Source: Pedobacter sp.
Lineage (GTDB): Bacteria; Desulfobacterota; Desulfuromonadia; Desulfuromonadales; Syntrophotaleaceae
Length of the DNA stretch: 64,000 nt
Assembly (NCBI GenBank): GCA_050253415.1
Contig: JBFWJC010000001.1
Location: 1,320,679-1,384,678 of the forward strand
Reading direction: 5' to 3'
In this document: positions 32,527-43,705 of the stretch, piece by piece
Position numbering within the stretch: position 1 is the stretch's first letter
How the letters are laid out: every line of letters starts with the position of its first letter
Translations under genes and position numbers: made by a program
Notes under the pieces: generated by a model
Databases searched by the model: none
Seen by the model: only the letters and a program-made list of their open reading frames with translations
Told to the model about the DNA's origin: nothing

Positions 32527-33258
32527 TCAGGTTGGAGGATCACTTCTGGACCCGGTTGTACCGGGAGGGGAGGACTCTCCTGAATGTGGTTCCGATCGTA
32601 CGGGGAAAATCCTGGATTTGAGAGCTTTTTCCCTGGCTATGCTCTTGTCTTGCTCGGACAGTTTACGCGGTATGCTGAGCGATTGTCCGGGATAGACCTG
32701 TCTGGGATCGCGGATCTGATCGCGATTGGCCTGGTAGATTAAAGGCCATAGCAGGGGGTCTCCATAAATACCCTGCTGCGCGGCAATGGTCCACAGGGTT
32801 TCTCCAGCGCCAACCCGATAAACATTCAGAACAGGGCGTGGTTTAGGCTTGACGGGCACGACGGGCTGGGTGGTGATTGCTTTGAGGGTTTGTTGTGTAG
32901 GTTGCCTGACCGGTTCATTGGGCAACTGGGCGGTGCGTAGGAGTTCTTCCGCGCGAATTTTTTGTAATTCACGGTCCGCCTGTTCCCGCTTAGCTTGAAG
33001 AATGGCTCGGCGGGCATGGGCTTCAGCAAAGGGCAGGATTTCCTTGGCCAGGTTGTATTTCTTTTTATCGACCAGGGCCTCGCCATCCCGCATGGCATCC
33101 AATGCGGCTTGATACTCGTTGGGTGCAAGCACTGCGGCTTCGGCCGCAAGGGCTTCGTCAAGGGCGGTGCGGGCTGATTGCAACTCTTGTAGCGGGGGGG
33201 CAACACACCCCCCCGCCAGTATGAGCAGAGTCAGTAAAACTAATACGAGACGTGCCAT
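32527..33258 (-). CDS. LysM-domain lipoprotein
   Basis: Lipobox-like LAGGC, helical domain, and LysM (YRVGAGETLWTIA...IYQANRDQI). Confidence 0.85.
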   Translation of the reverse strand: MARLVLVLLTLLILAGGCVAPPLQELQSARTALDEALAAEAAVLAPNEYQAALDAMRDGEALVDKKKYNLAKEILPFAEAHARRAILQAKREQADRELQKIRAEELLRTAQLPNEPVRQPTQQTLKAITTQPVVPVKPKPRPVLNVYRVGAGETLWTIAAQQGIYGDPLLWPLIYQANRDQIRDPRQVYPGQSLSIPRKLSEQDKSIAREKALKSRIFPVRSEPHSGESSPPGTTGSRSDPPT

Positions 33259-33336
33259 AGTCCACTTTCGTCGTCTTTGCAATCGCTTATGGATTACGCG
33301 AAGGCGATCGAAGCCCTAGAACCAAGGCTGCAGCGG

Positions 33337-35127
33337 CTAATTGTTACGCACCGCGCGCCGGATGGAAAGTTCACGCATCTGTTTGTCATCGACTTCACCA
33401 GGAGCTTCCGATAGCAGACAGGTGGCTTTCTGGGTTTTGGGGAATGCGATGACGTCACGTATGGAATCCGATCCGGTCAGAATCATCATCAAACGATCGA
33501 GTCCAAAAGCAATGCCACCATGGGGAGGCGCGCCGTAACTTAAAGCGCCCAGCAGAAAACCAAATTTCTCCTCGGCTTCTTCAGCGGTGATGCCCATGAG
33601 GGAAAACATCTTGTTCTGGACGTCGCGGTTGTGGATACGGATGCTGCCACCACCGATTTCCGAACCGTTCAAAACCAGGTCGTAGGCTTTGGCGCGGGCG
33701 CTGCCCGGATCGCCATCGAGCAGGGCGATATCTTCATCCAGCGGCGCGGTGAAGGGGTGATGCACCGCGACATGGCGGCGGGCTTCACCGTCCCATTCCA
33801 GCAGCGGGAAGTCGGTGACCCAGACAAAGCGGAAATCGTCTTTGCGCGCCAGCCCAAGTTTTTGCCCCAGCAGGCCACGCAGGCGGCCGAGGGATTCGTT
33901 GGCAACCTTGAAGGTGTCGGCGGCAAACAGCAGCAGGTCGCCCGGCTTGGAATCGGCCGCTTCATCGATAAGAGCAATTTCCTTATCCGTGAAGAATTTA
34001 GCGATCGGTGACTGCCAGGAGCCGTCTTCTTGAACTTTGACGTATGCCAGACCTTTTGCGCCGTATATTTTGACGAACTCGGTGAGGTCGTCTATTTCTT
34101 TGCGGGAGAAGGACGCGCATTGTTTGGCGTTGAGCAGTTTGACGATGCCGCCTTTTTTAACCGCGTCAGCGAACACCTTGAAGCCGCAGTCCTTAACCAG
34201 ATTGGAGATTTCAACAAGCTCCAGTTCGAAGCGCATATCGGGGTTGTCGACTCCGAAACGCGCCAGCGCTTCGGTGTAGCTGATGCGCAGCATGGGCAGG
34301 GTCAGTTCCACGCCGAGGGTTTCCCTGAACACTTTGGCGATCATGCCCTCCATAATGTCCATGATGTCCTGACGGTCGACGAAGCTCAGTTCGCAGTCGA
34401 TCTGGGTGAATTCGGGCTGGCGGTCGGCACGCAAATCCTCATCGCGAAAACATTTGACGATCTGATAGTAGCGATCGAAACCGGAGACCATCAGCAGCTG
34501 TTTGAACAACTGGGGCGATTGCGGCAAGGCGTAAAACATGCCGGGATTGACGCGGCTTGGCACCAGGTAGTCACGAGCGCCCTCGGGGGTGCTCTTGGTC
34601 AATACTGGCGTTTCGACTTCAAGAAAGCCCGTGTCGTCAAGGTAGTTGCGCACAATCTGCGCGACTTTGTGACGCAGAATAAGATTGTTCTGCAAGGACG
34701 GCCGCCGCAGATCGAGATAGCGGTGCTTAAGGCGGATATTTTCCGCAACGTCAACATTATCCTCGATCATGAATGGCGGCGTTTCGGAATTGTTGAGGAT
34801 GCGCAGTTCCTTGACTTCGACTTCGACCTCGCCAGTTGCCATCTTCGGATTGACCGTGCCTTCCGGGCGTGCCGATACGATACCGCGCACGGCGACGACG
34901 TATTCACCGCGAACCCGTTCTGCCTTGGCATGTGCTTCAGGGTCGCGGTCGGGGTCGAGGGCCAGCTGTGCAATCCCCTGGCGGTCACGCAGGTCGATGA
35001 AGATCAGGCCGCCGTGATCGCGGCGTCGCTGTACCCAGCCCATAAGACAGACTTCCTTGCCGATGTCCGCGGCAGAGATGCTGCCGCAGAAATGGCTTCT
35101 TTTCCAATCACCCAGAATATCGATCAA
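33337..35127 (-). CDS. aspS: aspartate--tRNA ligase
   Basis: [28 protein letters not shown] and [12 protein letters not shown] motifs; TTG start after AAGGAG. Confidence 0.97.
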   Translation of the reverse strand: MIDILGDWKRSHFCGSISAADIGKEVCLMGWVQRRRDHGGLIFIDLRDRQGIAQLALDPDRDPEAHAKAERVRGEYVVAVRGIVSARPEGTVNPKMATGEVEVEVKELRILNNSETPPFMIEDNVDVAENIRLKHRYLDLRRPSLQNNLILRHKVAQIVRNYLDDTGFLEVETPVLTKSTPEGARDYLVPSRVNPGMFYALPQSPQLFKQLLMVSGFDRYYQIVKCFRDEDLRADRQPEFTQIDCELSFVDRQDIMDIMEGMIAKVFRETLGVELTLPMLRISYTEALARFGVDNPDMRFELELVEISNLVKDCGFKVFADAVKKGGIVKLLNAKQCASFSRKEIDDLTEFVKIYGAKGLAYVKVQEDGSWQSPIAKFFTDKEIALIDEAADSKPGDLLLFAADTFKVANESLGRLRGLLGQKLGLARKDDFRFVWVTDFPLLEWDGEARRHVAVHHPFTAPLDEDIALLDGDPGSARAKAYDLVLNGSEIGGGSIRIHNRDVQNKMFSLMGITAEEAEEKFGFLLGALSYGAPPHGGIAFGLDRLMMILTGSDSIRDVIAFPKTQKATCLLSEAPGEVDDKQMRELSIRRAVRNN

Positions 35128-35345
35128 GTTCGGCTCCTTGGTCATGCTGATAAATTTCAATAAGGCGACACATCCCGGAGTTTTCAATCGGAAACGGTTT
35201 TTTCCTCATGTGAAAACTGTCTCGTGCCTATCCGGAGTTGCCGGATAAAAATTCGTGAGAATTTTACCAGTATAAGTGAATTGCAAATTATACGGGCTGC
35301 CGCAGAAGGCCGTCAAGCAGTTATGCGAGAAGCTCTTCTAAATGT

Positions 35346-36605
35346 TCAGTTGTTTGTGCATTTTTCAAGCAGGGCCTGCTCAATGCCGGCCAGTGCGATG
35401 GGGGTTTGGCTACCATCGTCCATGTCGCGCAGTTGTGCCTGACCGGAAGCCAGTTCTTCCTCTCCCAGAATTAAAACATAGCGCGCATTCAATTTGCCGG
35501 CTCGGCGCATCTGGGCCTTGAGGCTTTTTCCGGCGAAGGCCATATCGCAGCCCAGTCCAAGGTGCTGCATGCGGTGCATGATGGCAAAGGCTTCCATGCC
35601 CGCCGCTTCACCCAGGGCTGCCAGAAATACGTCAAGGCGGGGCGGCTGGATGCGTTGCTCGCCTTTCATCATCACCAGTCTTTCGACGCCCATGGCAAAA
35701 CCGATACCGGGCAGGGCCGGACCGCCAAGATCCTTGATAAGGCCGTCATAGCGACCGCCGGCCGCAACCGCATTCTGGGAGCCTAGCTGGTTGGTGACCA
35801 TTTCGAAAGTGGTTTTGGTGTAATAGTCAAGACCGCGCACCATGCGAGGGTTGATGGTGTAGTTGATGTGCAGGTTTTTGAGGTGTTGTTGCACCTGGTT
35901 GAAGTGCTCGTTGCAACCGCTGCATAAAAGATCGAGTACCGACGGTGCATCGGCCGTGGCTTCCTGGCAGGTCGGAACCTTGCAGTCCAGCACCCTCAGC
36001 GGGTTGGTCTGATAGCGCCGCTGACAGTCGGCGCACAATGCCTGCAGACGGCTATCGAGATAAGAGGTCAGGGCCTGGCGGTATTGGGGACGACAGTCCT
36101 GACAGCCCAGGGAGTTGATGTGCAGCTCCACCTTGTCGATGTCTACCGCTTCAAAATAGTGGCACAGCATGGCCAGTACCTGGGCGTCCATCATAGGATC
36201 ATCCACACCGACGGCTTCGGCGCCTATCTGGTGGAATTGACGATAGCGACCTTTTTGCGGACGCTCGTAACGAAACATGGGGCCCATATAATAAAGCTTG
36301 GAGACCGGGTCGAGAGCGTGCAGTTTGTGCTCGATGAAGGCACGCATGACCGGGGCCGTACCTTCGGGGCGCAAGGTCAACGAATTGTTGCTGCGATCTT
36401 CGAAGGTATACATTTCTTTTTCGACGATATCTGTGCTTTCGCCGATGGAACGACAGAAAAGATCTGTCTTTTCAACCACCGGAACGCGGATTTCACCAAA
36501 CCCGTACAACTTGAAAATACGATGTGCCTCGCTCTCCAAAAACTGCCAGGTTTCTACTTCGCCCGGAAGGATGTCGTTCATTCCCTTGATGCCTGTAATA
36601 CTCAC
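35346..36605 (-). CDS. hisS: histidine--tRNA ligase
   Basis: LRPEGTA, FRYERPQKGRYRQF, RGLDYY and GGRYD motifs. Confidence 0.97.
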   Translation of the reverse strand: MSITGIKGMNDILPGEVETWQFLESEAHRIFKLYGFGEIRVPVVEKTDLFCRSIGESTDIVEKEMYTFEDRSNNSLTLRPEGTAPVMRAFIEHKLHALDPVSKLYYMGPMFRYERPQKGRYRQFHQIGAEAVGVDDPMMDAQVLAMLCHYFEAVDIDKVELHINSLGCQDCRPQYRQALTSYLDSRLQALCADCQRRYQTNPLRVLDCKVPTCQEATADAPSVLDLLCSGCNEHFNQVQQHLKNLHINYTINPRMVRGLDYYTKTTFEMVTNQLGSQNAVAAGGRYDGLIKDLGGPALPGIGFAMGVERLVMMKGEQRIQPPRLDVFLAALGEAAGMEAFAIMHRMQHLGLGCDMAFAGKSLKAQMRRAGKLNARYVLILGEEELASGQAQLRDMDDGSQTPIALAGIEQALLEKCTNN

Positions 36606-36771
36606 AAATAGGTCCCTTCGTTCATGTTGTCATGGCTGCTGCGAGCGGTGAAAAAAGCCGGGTGATCAGGCTGTCGCGGCGGCAATAGAAGACCCGCTGG
36701 CGCAGTGGCAAGCGGGTTCGTAGGTCGATAGTGGTTGCGCTGGGTTTACCGAATATACTGCTGCCAACCTG

Positions 36772-38169
36772 TCAGTCCAGGTCAGATGTTTTATCCTCCA
36801 TCTCAGCCAGTTGCCAGGCTCCGCGAACCACGTTGCGGCATTGTTTCCCGGCGTACATGGCCTTGTCGGCCAGATGGATAATCTCTTGTTTGGTGTTGGC
36901 ATCGGATGGAAAGGTCGCATAGCCGACGGTAGCTGTAATATGGGCAGGGTTGCCGGAGTCTGAAAAAAAAGCGTGATTCTGAATCGAAAGACGTATGCGC
37001 TCCGCCACAATCTGTGCCCCTTCAGGGCCGGTTTCAACCAGGAAGCTGGTGAATTCGTCGCCACCGTAGCGGAACAGGATATCCGATTCCCTGACACTTT
37101 CGCGCAACAGGCCTGCGACTTCCTTGAGGGCCTGGCTGCCATCCAGGTGTCCACGTGTATCGTTGATTTCCTTGAAAAAATCGAGGTCGATAAAGATTAA
37201 CGAAAATTCCAGTCCGTAGCGTTCGGAACGCAGAATCTCCTGGTCAAGAATCATTTGCAGATAACGATAATTGTGCAGACCCGTCAAATCATCGATAAAG
37301 ATCAAGTCCCGGGCGCTTTTGAAACGACAGGCGTTTTCAAAACCCAGGGCGGATTGTTCCAGCAGAAAAGACAGATTGTCCAAGGGCAATCGATCGTCGA
37401 AGTCGCGGTCCTCCGGATTGCAGAATACCATGGCACCATGCAGGCCATAAGGGGACTTCAAAGGGAAAATTCCGACGGTGCAGAGGTTGGCTGGCAGTTG
37501 GGGGGCATCCGGGAGCCCTGCCTTCCGCAGAATACGTAACTCTTCACCATCCGACAAGTAAGGCTGCAGGGCGTCCATGAGCGCCATGCTTTCCGTTTCC
37601 TGAAGTCCGTTGGCGCTTGCCAGTTGGGAAATCTCGCCATTGCTGATCAGACAGGCCAATCCCCGCCCCCCGCCACTTTCCAGTAGAACTGCGGAAAGCG
37701 CTTCATTGAAAAGCTGGTCCAGGTCAAGGTGAGCCGCCAGGTGCTGACCGCGTTGATAAAGCTGAATCTGAGCCTTGAGAACCGTATTTTCATCAAGCAG
37801 GTGGCGTTGTTCGAGACAGCCTTGAACCACATGCAGCAGTTCTGCCGGGTCGAAAGGTTTGACAAGGTAGTCGCGCGCCCCGTTTTTTAGCGCTTGGATA
37901 GCCGATTCGACAGAAGCGTGTCCTGTGACCAGGATGACATCCGGGGGGTTACTCAGCTTACGGGCATAATCGAGGATTTGCATGCCATCCAGTCCGGGCA
38001 TGACAAGATCTGTAAGCACGATGTCGATGTCATTCTGGAGCAGCCGTGCCACGGCCTCCTCACCAGACGAAGCGGTTTCTATCTGATAGCCATTTTCGCT
38101 GAGGAGGTTGGTGTATAGACGGCGGAAGAAAAGCTCGTCATCTACAACCAGAATGGTTGAGGTTTTCAT
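36772..38169 (-). CDS. response-regulator diguanylate cyclase (REC-GAF-like-GGDEF)
   Basis: REC domain (DD, DLVMP, KP); intact GGDEF with RxxD I-site (RESD). Confidence 0.92.
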   Translation of the reverse strand: MKTSTILVVDDELFFRRLYTNLLSENGYQIETASSGEEAVARLLQNDIDIVLTDLVMPGLDGMQILDYARKLSNPPDVILVTGHASVESAIQALKNGARDYLVKPFDPAELLHVVQGCLEQRHLLDENTVLKAQIQLYQRGQHLAAHLDLDQLFNEALSAVLLESGGGRGLACLISNGEISQLASANGLQETESMALMDALQPYLSDGEELRILRKAGLPDAPQLPANLCTVGIFPLKSPYGLHGAMVFCNPEDRDFDDRLPLDNLSFLLEQSALGFENACRFKSARDLIFIDDLTGLHNYRYLQMILDQEILRSERYGLEFSLIFIDLDFFKEINDTRGHLDGSQALKEVAGLLRESVRESDILFRYGGDEFTSFLVETGPEGAQIVAERIRLSIQNHAFFSDSGNPAHITATVGYATFPSDANTKQEIIHLADKAMYAGKQCRNVVRGAWQLAEMEDKTSDLD

Positions 38170-38224
38170 CCGGACATTCTCCAGGTTAAATGATTGATAA
38201 AATTAGCAAAGTCATACCCTAGTG

Positions 38225-39416
38225 TCAATGGAAAAGCCCGGACTGCCAGGATCTTGCCTGCCAGCCTTTATTCTTCAGTTCAAAGAGCAGGGTTCCATGT
38301 AGATCGGTGCGCCACAGGGGCAATCCTTTTTCCGCAACGATGTCCATGGTTTCTCTGTGGGGGAAGCCGAAGGAATTGTTGCGACCGAGGCTGGTGAAAA
38401 CGATGGTGGGCGCAAAATATTCAAGCAGAAGATCGATATTACTGTAGCGGCTGCCGTGGTGTGGAAGTTTCAAAAGGGTTACCGGGCGCTTTGGCATGGT
38501 ACCCAATAGCTGGCGAACCCCGATGCTTTCCAGATCTCCGGTCAGTAGTACCCCCTCATGTTTGTGACGGGCGTAAAAAACGAGTGACCGGTCATTGATG
38601 CTGGCCATTGTCTGGGGTGGAACAAATAGAGCAATTTCATCGGTGCGCGTGTCTTCAACGGTTGACCATCCTGTCTTAAAGGTACGCACCGGGATGTGTC
38701 GGCTTGAAATTTGTTCGCGCAAGGGTTGCCATAGTTCGTTTTCCGGCATGCCACACCAGACCTCTTGCACCGCAAAATGTTTTACGATATGCAGCAATCC
38801 GTTTCGGTGATCGGGATGATCGTGGCTCAGAACCACGGCCGTAAGTTGCTTGATGCCGAGACGTCCCAATGCGGGTGCCACCAGCCGTTCGCCGGTATCG
38901 AAGGTTCCTTGTGCCATGCCACCACCGTCGATGAGATAGTGATGACCTCTGGCGTCCGAAACCAGCAGGGCATCGCCCTGACCGACACTCAAGGCCATGA
39001 CCCGTAGTTGCTGAGGGCGTGGAGCCGGCCATAACCATAAGGTTGCAAGTAAAGTCAAAAGCACAGGGATGTGCCACCTGCGCCAGGGCAGTAGCACGAT
39101 GGCTACCATCAGGGTTATAGCGATCAAAGAGGATAGCGGCAGGTAGATTTGGCGGGGTGTCAGTATTGGCAGCGCCAGCATGTATTCGGATAACTTCAGG
39201 GTTTGGTCAACCATGGTGGCCGTGAAGCGAAAACACAGTGCTGCACCATCGGGCCAAACAGATGCTAAAAGCAACCCGGTCAGTCCAACGGGGATGGCCA
39301 GCCCACCGATCAGCGGAACGGCCCACAGGTTGATTAACGGGCCTGCCGGGGCGAACAGGTGGAAATGCCACAGCACTATGGGGCCGGTTGTGATAGCGGC
39401 GGCCATGGTGACCAGG
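38225..39416 (-). pseudogene. comEC: ComEC/Rec2 competence protein, 3' half only
   Basis: The end of the competence domain and the MBL domain are present (SVGQGDA, SHDHPDH, LLTGD, PHHGS). The upstream frame runs into AT-rich repeats and a stop, so the N-terminal half is absent. Confidence 0.85.
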
Positions 39417-39427
39417 TAAAGAAAATA

Positions 39428-39462
39428 AAAAATGTCGTGACTAAGATAAAAATGTCGTGACT
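39428..39462. repeat. tandem 15-bp direct repeats at the comEC break (putative element end)
   Basis: AAAAATGTCGTGACT at 39428-39442 and 39448-39462 (20-bp period). Confidence 0.8.
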
Positions 39463-39842
39463 CGGAGAAGAAAGTTGTTTACTGCGTTTGATATTTGGCT
39501 GCGTAACCATTTCCCTTCAAAGCGGGGCATCGGAGGTTTGGTTGCAAGGCCTAATATGCAATTCAATTAGCCCTTATCCACAACTATTGTGCAAAAGTCC
39601 CACGAAAGCACTTCAAGTGAATGGGGGGAATCCTTGATTTTGTGAAGAAAACACCTTTTTGCCTGGTTTTTAGACAAGAGATTTCGTTGCTGAATGTCTT
39701 GGGACTGGCAAAAAGATTTTTCTATGCTTTTATGGGTTGGCTGAGAACGGCGAACCTCAGCTTTCGGAGCAAAGTTGGGGTTCGCTGCATTGATTGCTTG
39801 GTGTCGTATCTGTCCTAGGTGAACTGGGATCTGATTAAAGAC

Positions 39843-41035
39843 TGAGTCTCACCCATAAATTGGACAGGCCAATCTTAGAGATTTCGAGCTTGCGTCATGC
39901 TTTTCCCGGAACTGTACCGACGTTAAATTTCTCAGCGATGAGTGCGGACGAAATCCACTATAGTCCTTTAGTCAAGCCTCTTTATTTTTCTTTGCATCGT
40001 CAAGGGACAAGAACCAATGTGTGTTCAAGCACTCGTCTTGAAAACTGCCATTGAACGACTCTATGAGTGCATTGTCTGTGGGCCTTTCCGGCCTTGAAAA
40101 GTCCAAATTGACGCCGTTTTCGTAGGCCCACTTATCGAGCGCCTTGGAAATAATTTCGGCGCCATTGTCGACCTGAATCTGGTCGGGGCACCGATCTTTG
40201 AACAGCCTGAGGCGCTCCATTACTTTGGCGACATCCTGGCCTTGGATCGCCCGCTCTACCTGAATGGCCAAACATTCGCGACCATAATTATAAGCGACAG
40301 TTAATGCCTGATCCGGCGGCCGTTGAACAGATTATCGGCCACAAAGTCCATTGATCGATCCTGGAGACCTCTGGGCGTTGCATGCGGTGCGCCACACGGC
40401 GCTTTGACCTCTTTTGGCGCAAATTCAATCCCTCTTCTCGGTAAATCCGGTAGATGCGCTTATGATTGACCTGCTAGCCCTTACGTCGCAACAGGATGTG
40501 AATGCGAAGGTACCTGTAACGGACCCGTACCTTGGCGATCTCACGGATGCGCTGTTTAAGAAGTCGGTCGTCCCTTGCCGGTTTGTAGTAGGCCGACCGC
40601 CAGAGTCCCACCACCGCGCAAGCTCGCAGCATACCCACAAGATGAGCGGTATCCAGATTATCGGCCAAGAGTTGCTTCTGGGCTGGCTTTAGAGTTTTTT
40701 TTGAGGACATCCTGGAGCATCTGTTTGTCGAGGATCAAATCTGCCACGAGCTTCTTGAGTTGCCGGTTCTCCTCCTCAAGCTGCTTGAGGCCCTCAATTC
40801 GCTGATACCCAGCCCCTCGTACTTCTTCTTGCAGTTGTGGAAGATGGCATCCGAGATCCCCATCTTGCGACAGACCTTGGCCACTTTCGTGCCGGTTTCG
40901 GCCTGCCGCAGAGCAAACGCGATCTGGTCCTCGGTGAATTTCGTGGTTTTCATGGCAAAAGCCCTCCGTTGTCTGAGAGGTTATTTTGCCCGAATTTTCC
41001 AGTTTTGGCTTGTCCGAATTTTCGGAAGGAGGTCA
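39843..41035 (-). mobile_element. degenerate IS3-family element
   Basis: orfA MKTTKFTEDQIAFALRQAE; frameshifted orfB fragments (VDNG, DNALIESFNG); imperfect IRs TGAGTCTCACCCATAAATTGGACA / TGACCTCCTTCCGAAAATTCGGACA. Confidence 0.85.
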
Positions 41036-41051
41036 CATGTTGACGTGTCCT

Positions 41052-41909
41052 TTACCTTTTGACCTGCACGAGCCTGGCTCTAAGATTAGCGGGAAGTTGC
41101 TCCAGCATTCTGGCTTCTTCTTCATGATAGGTAGCCAGGCGATTACTCAAAAAATCAAAGTTGACCAGATGCCCGTCGAACTCAGGCCCATCTACGCAGG
41201 CGAATTTGGTTTCCCCTCCGACCTCGACGCGGCAACTGCCGCACATGCCGGTACCATCGATTATGAGCGGGTTGAGACTGACGATGGTCTTGATACCGTA
41301 AGGCCGGGTCAACTCCGCAACAGTCCGCATCATCGGAACTGGCCCGATGGCGATGACTGCGTGCGGACGACGTGCAGGATCATCGATAAGATCCTGCAGC
41401 TCCTCGGTAACGAAACCTTTACGACCGAGGCTGCCATCTTCCGTGGTGATCTGAACTTCTCTTGAAAAAGCACTGAGTTCTTCAGCAAGAATGATGTAGG
41501 AGGCCGACCGCCCACCAATGATGGTTGTGACTTCGTTGCCGGTTTCTTGGAGAGCTTTGGCCGTCGGGTAAAGAACCGCCGTGCCGAGACCGCCCCCGAT
41601 GCAGGCAACCCGCCCCCAGGACTTAATTTCCGTCGGTTGGCCGAGAGGACCGGCGACATCCTTGAGATCCAGACCGGCGGGTATACTCACGATTTTCTGG
41701 GAAGTCAGGCCTACAGCCTGAATAAAAAGGGTTATGGTACCCTCTTTGGTACTGGCATCGCCTATCGTCAGAGGAATGCGTTCGCCTCCCTCCTCGACAC
41801 GGACGATAACGAACTGCCCTGGCTTGCGGGCCTTGGCGATTCGGGGGGCACGAATGACCATACGATGGACGTTCGGCGCTAAAATGTCGTTTCTAATTAC
41901 TTCGAACAT
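41052..41909 (-). CDS. NfnA/SudB-like FAD/[2Fe-2S] subunit of bifurcating transhydrogenase
   Basis: KPGQFV, ERIPLTI, GPLGQP and DGTGMCGSCRV...FACVDGPEF motifs. Confidence 0.88.
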   Translation of the reverse strand: MFEVIRNDILAPNVHRMVIRAPRIAKARKPGQFVIVRVEEGGERIPLTIGDASTKEGTITLFIQAVGLTSQKIVSIPAGLDLKDVAGPLGQPTEIKSWGRVACIGGGLGTAVLYPTAKALQETGNEVTTIIGGRSASYIILAEELSAFSREVQITTEDGSLGRKGFVTEELQDLIDDPARRPHAVIAIGPVPMMRTVAELTRPYGIKTIVSLNPLIIDGTGMCGSCRVEVGGETKFACVDGPEFDGHLVNFDFLSNRLATYHEEEARMLEQLPANLRARLVQVKR

Positions 41910-42007
41910 ATGGTCTCCGAGTTTATTTTATTTAACTTTTGATACCTTCTTTAATTTCTTTTTTTGCCACCATATCATTAGGAAAAGGACTTTTACACGG
42001 CAACGCT

Positions 42008-42175
42008 CTACTCAAATATCTTTGGAGCATTTATAGGAAAATGTTTTCGCCAGACCGCATAATGCTCTTCGTGTATTTTGTATTCTTCACATATTTCCGA
42101 CAGAGGCCGGCCCGATAACCCCTCAAGCACAATGATTGTTTTTGTCAGAGGATCAATCACTTTTGAAGGAATCAT
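42008..42175 (-). CDS. small HTH protein resembling IS3 OrfA N-terminus
   Basis: KTIIVLEGLSGRPLSEICEEYKI..HYAVWR; GGGAG RBS. Confidence 0.45.
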   Translation of the reverse strand: MIPSKVIDPLTKTIIVLEGLSGRPLSEICEEYKIHEEHYAVWRKHFPINAPKIFE

Positions 42176-42270
42176 TACTATCTCCCTGCCTTTCACTGGA
42201 CGTGGTGAGCCGCACCTTGTCCATGCTGGCAGGGACGTGGGTGCGGTTCACCAGATTTAATTTACAGTCA

Positions 42271-42848
42271 TTACAGTTCTCTGTTGATGGTACCTTCCCA
42301 GGTGGAAACCTTGTCCTGCTCACCGGCTTCTTCCGGAGATACCCACTTGGTGGTAAAGGTCTTGACCTGGGTGTAGAACTTGGCCCCGTCGCGACCAAGG
42401 CAGTCGAGATCGCCGAAGAAAGAACGCTTGTGGCCGGAGAAGGGGAAGAATGTTAGGGGTACCGGGTTGCCGACGTTGGTACCGACGAAGTAGTCCTCTT
42501 CGCAACCTTCTACAACTGCTTCGCGACCGTCGAGGAACAATTCGGCCCTTACTCAACACCCTTGTTGATCATGTCGATGACAAAATTCTTCTGACCGGCG
42601 CTTACCAGGAAGCCAAGCTGGGTACCTTCTCAGTAAGCCGGACCCATCTTCAACTGCTCGGCATACTTCTTCAGCAGGGCCACGAATTCGTCGGCGATGC
42701 ACTCTTCCACAACCACCACGGGCAGAGCCATGCAGCGTTGACCGGCACATCCGAAGGCCGAGTTTATAATCCGACAGGCAGACCAGTCGAGAGCTGCGTC
42801 ACGCAAAACCGGGGCGTGGTTCTTGGCTTGGGAAAGGACCTGTACCCG
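42271..42848 (-). pseudogene. fragments of CoA-acylating (methyl)malonate-semialdehyde dehydrogenase
   Basis: QAKNH, SAFGCAGQRCMA and FSGHKRSFFGD in different frames, with internal deletions. Confidence 0.85.
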
Positions 42849-43135
42849 CCACAGGCCACCAGAAAATCGCACTTCTCTTCTTTAAGCATCTGCAGACCGG
42901 TGTCAACATGGGACAGATCGCCCTTGGAATTCACGCCGTTAAACAGAACCTTGACACCGCTATCCACAAGAGACGTGACCACCGGATCGATGGCGCCGAC
43001 CTCTGCCAGCACCTTGTCGATCAGCAACAGGACCTTGCGCGCTCCGAGACGCTTGGCCTCCGGTCCGGCATTAGCAGCAGCCTCTTCGCCGAAATGAATG
43101 ATGGCCGGTGTGCAAAACGGACGGGATGGAATCAT
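42846..43135 (-). pseudogene. 5' fragment of Fe-containing alcohol dehydrogenase (paralog of 61882-63045)
   Basis: MIPSRPFCTPAIIHFGEEAAANAGPEAKRLGA is near-identical to the intact copy; fused to the MMSDH fragment after ACGG. Confidence 0.9.
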
Positions 43136-43469
43136 TGTTGTGTCTCCTTAATCTGTGTCTATTTGACCTTCCCAGGACGGCCAGTTGCACAACGGTATAA
43201 AAATCTGCGCACAATGGGTCTCTCTTTTGGCTTAATTTTTACAACAGCAGCCTTGCCAAATCAATCAAAAATACAAATATTTGGCCAATTTTTTGTGCAC
43301 AGAAATCAATGTGTTTTCTTTCTGGAAAATTTGCCGTTATCAGAGGCCTGTGGGGGTGTTCCGGGGACACAGTCCGGCATTTTTCTCTTCGCAATGCGAA
43401 TATGGAGGACGTTGGCATTGTCCCTCCTGTTCATAACTTCGCCTTCTAGTTACGACCTCAGCAACTCCT

Positions 43470-43650
43470 TGCTCGGGGTATCCGCTGGCAATATTACCGG
43501 CAACAATCTCTTCCCAGTCCTCCAATACAAAATGATTGAGAACGCAATGCTTCGAGCGGGCTTTGATAAAAACGGCGAAACAGATGTACTAATAGGTTTT
43601 CTTGTTGGGTCTCGGATAATTCCATCAGCAGAAAAAGCTTCCCGTTATTC
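43470..43650 (-). pseudogene. remnant of carboxymuconolactone-decarboxylase-family gene (paralog of 61208-61531)
   Basis: KTY*YICFAVFIKARSKHCVL and LEDWEEIVAGNIA, with an in-frame stop and an internal deletion. Confidence 0.8.
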
Positions 43651-43705
43651 CTTGCTCGGGTATGTTCTTTGGCATTCTCTATGGCGAAATCTGAAGGAGC
43701 CTGAT

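Noticed and set aside
35346..36605. hisS as a CRISPR self-target (recalled for Pelobacter carbinolicus)
   Set aside because: The species is not established and no spacer is in this window, so it cannot be evaluated.
39428..39462. Repeats as a CRISPR array
   Set aside because: There are only two 15-bp units with a 5-bp gap, and no cas genes or array in the window.
39585..39842. About 85-codon open frame on the minus strand left of IS3
   Set aside because: It has no start or recognisable motif; it could be a remnant, but the call is unsupported.
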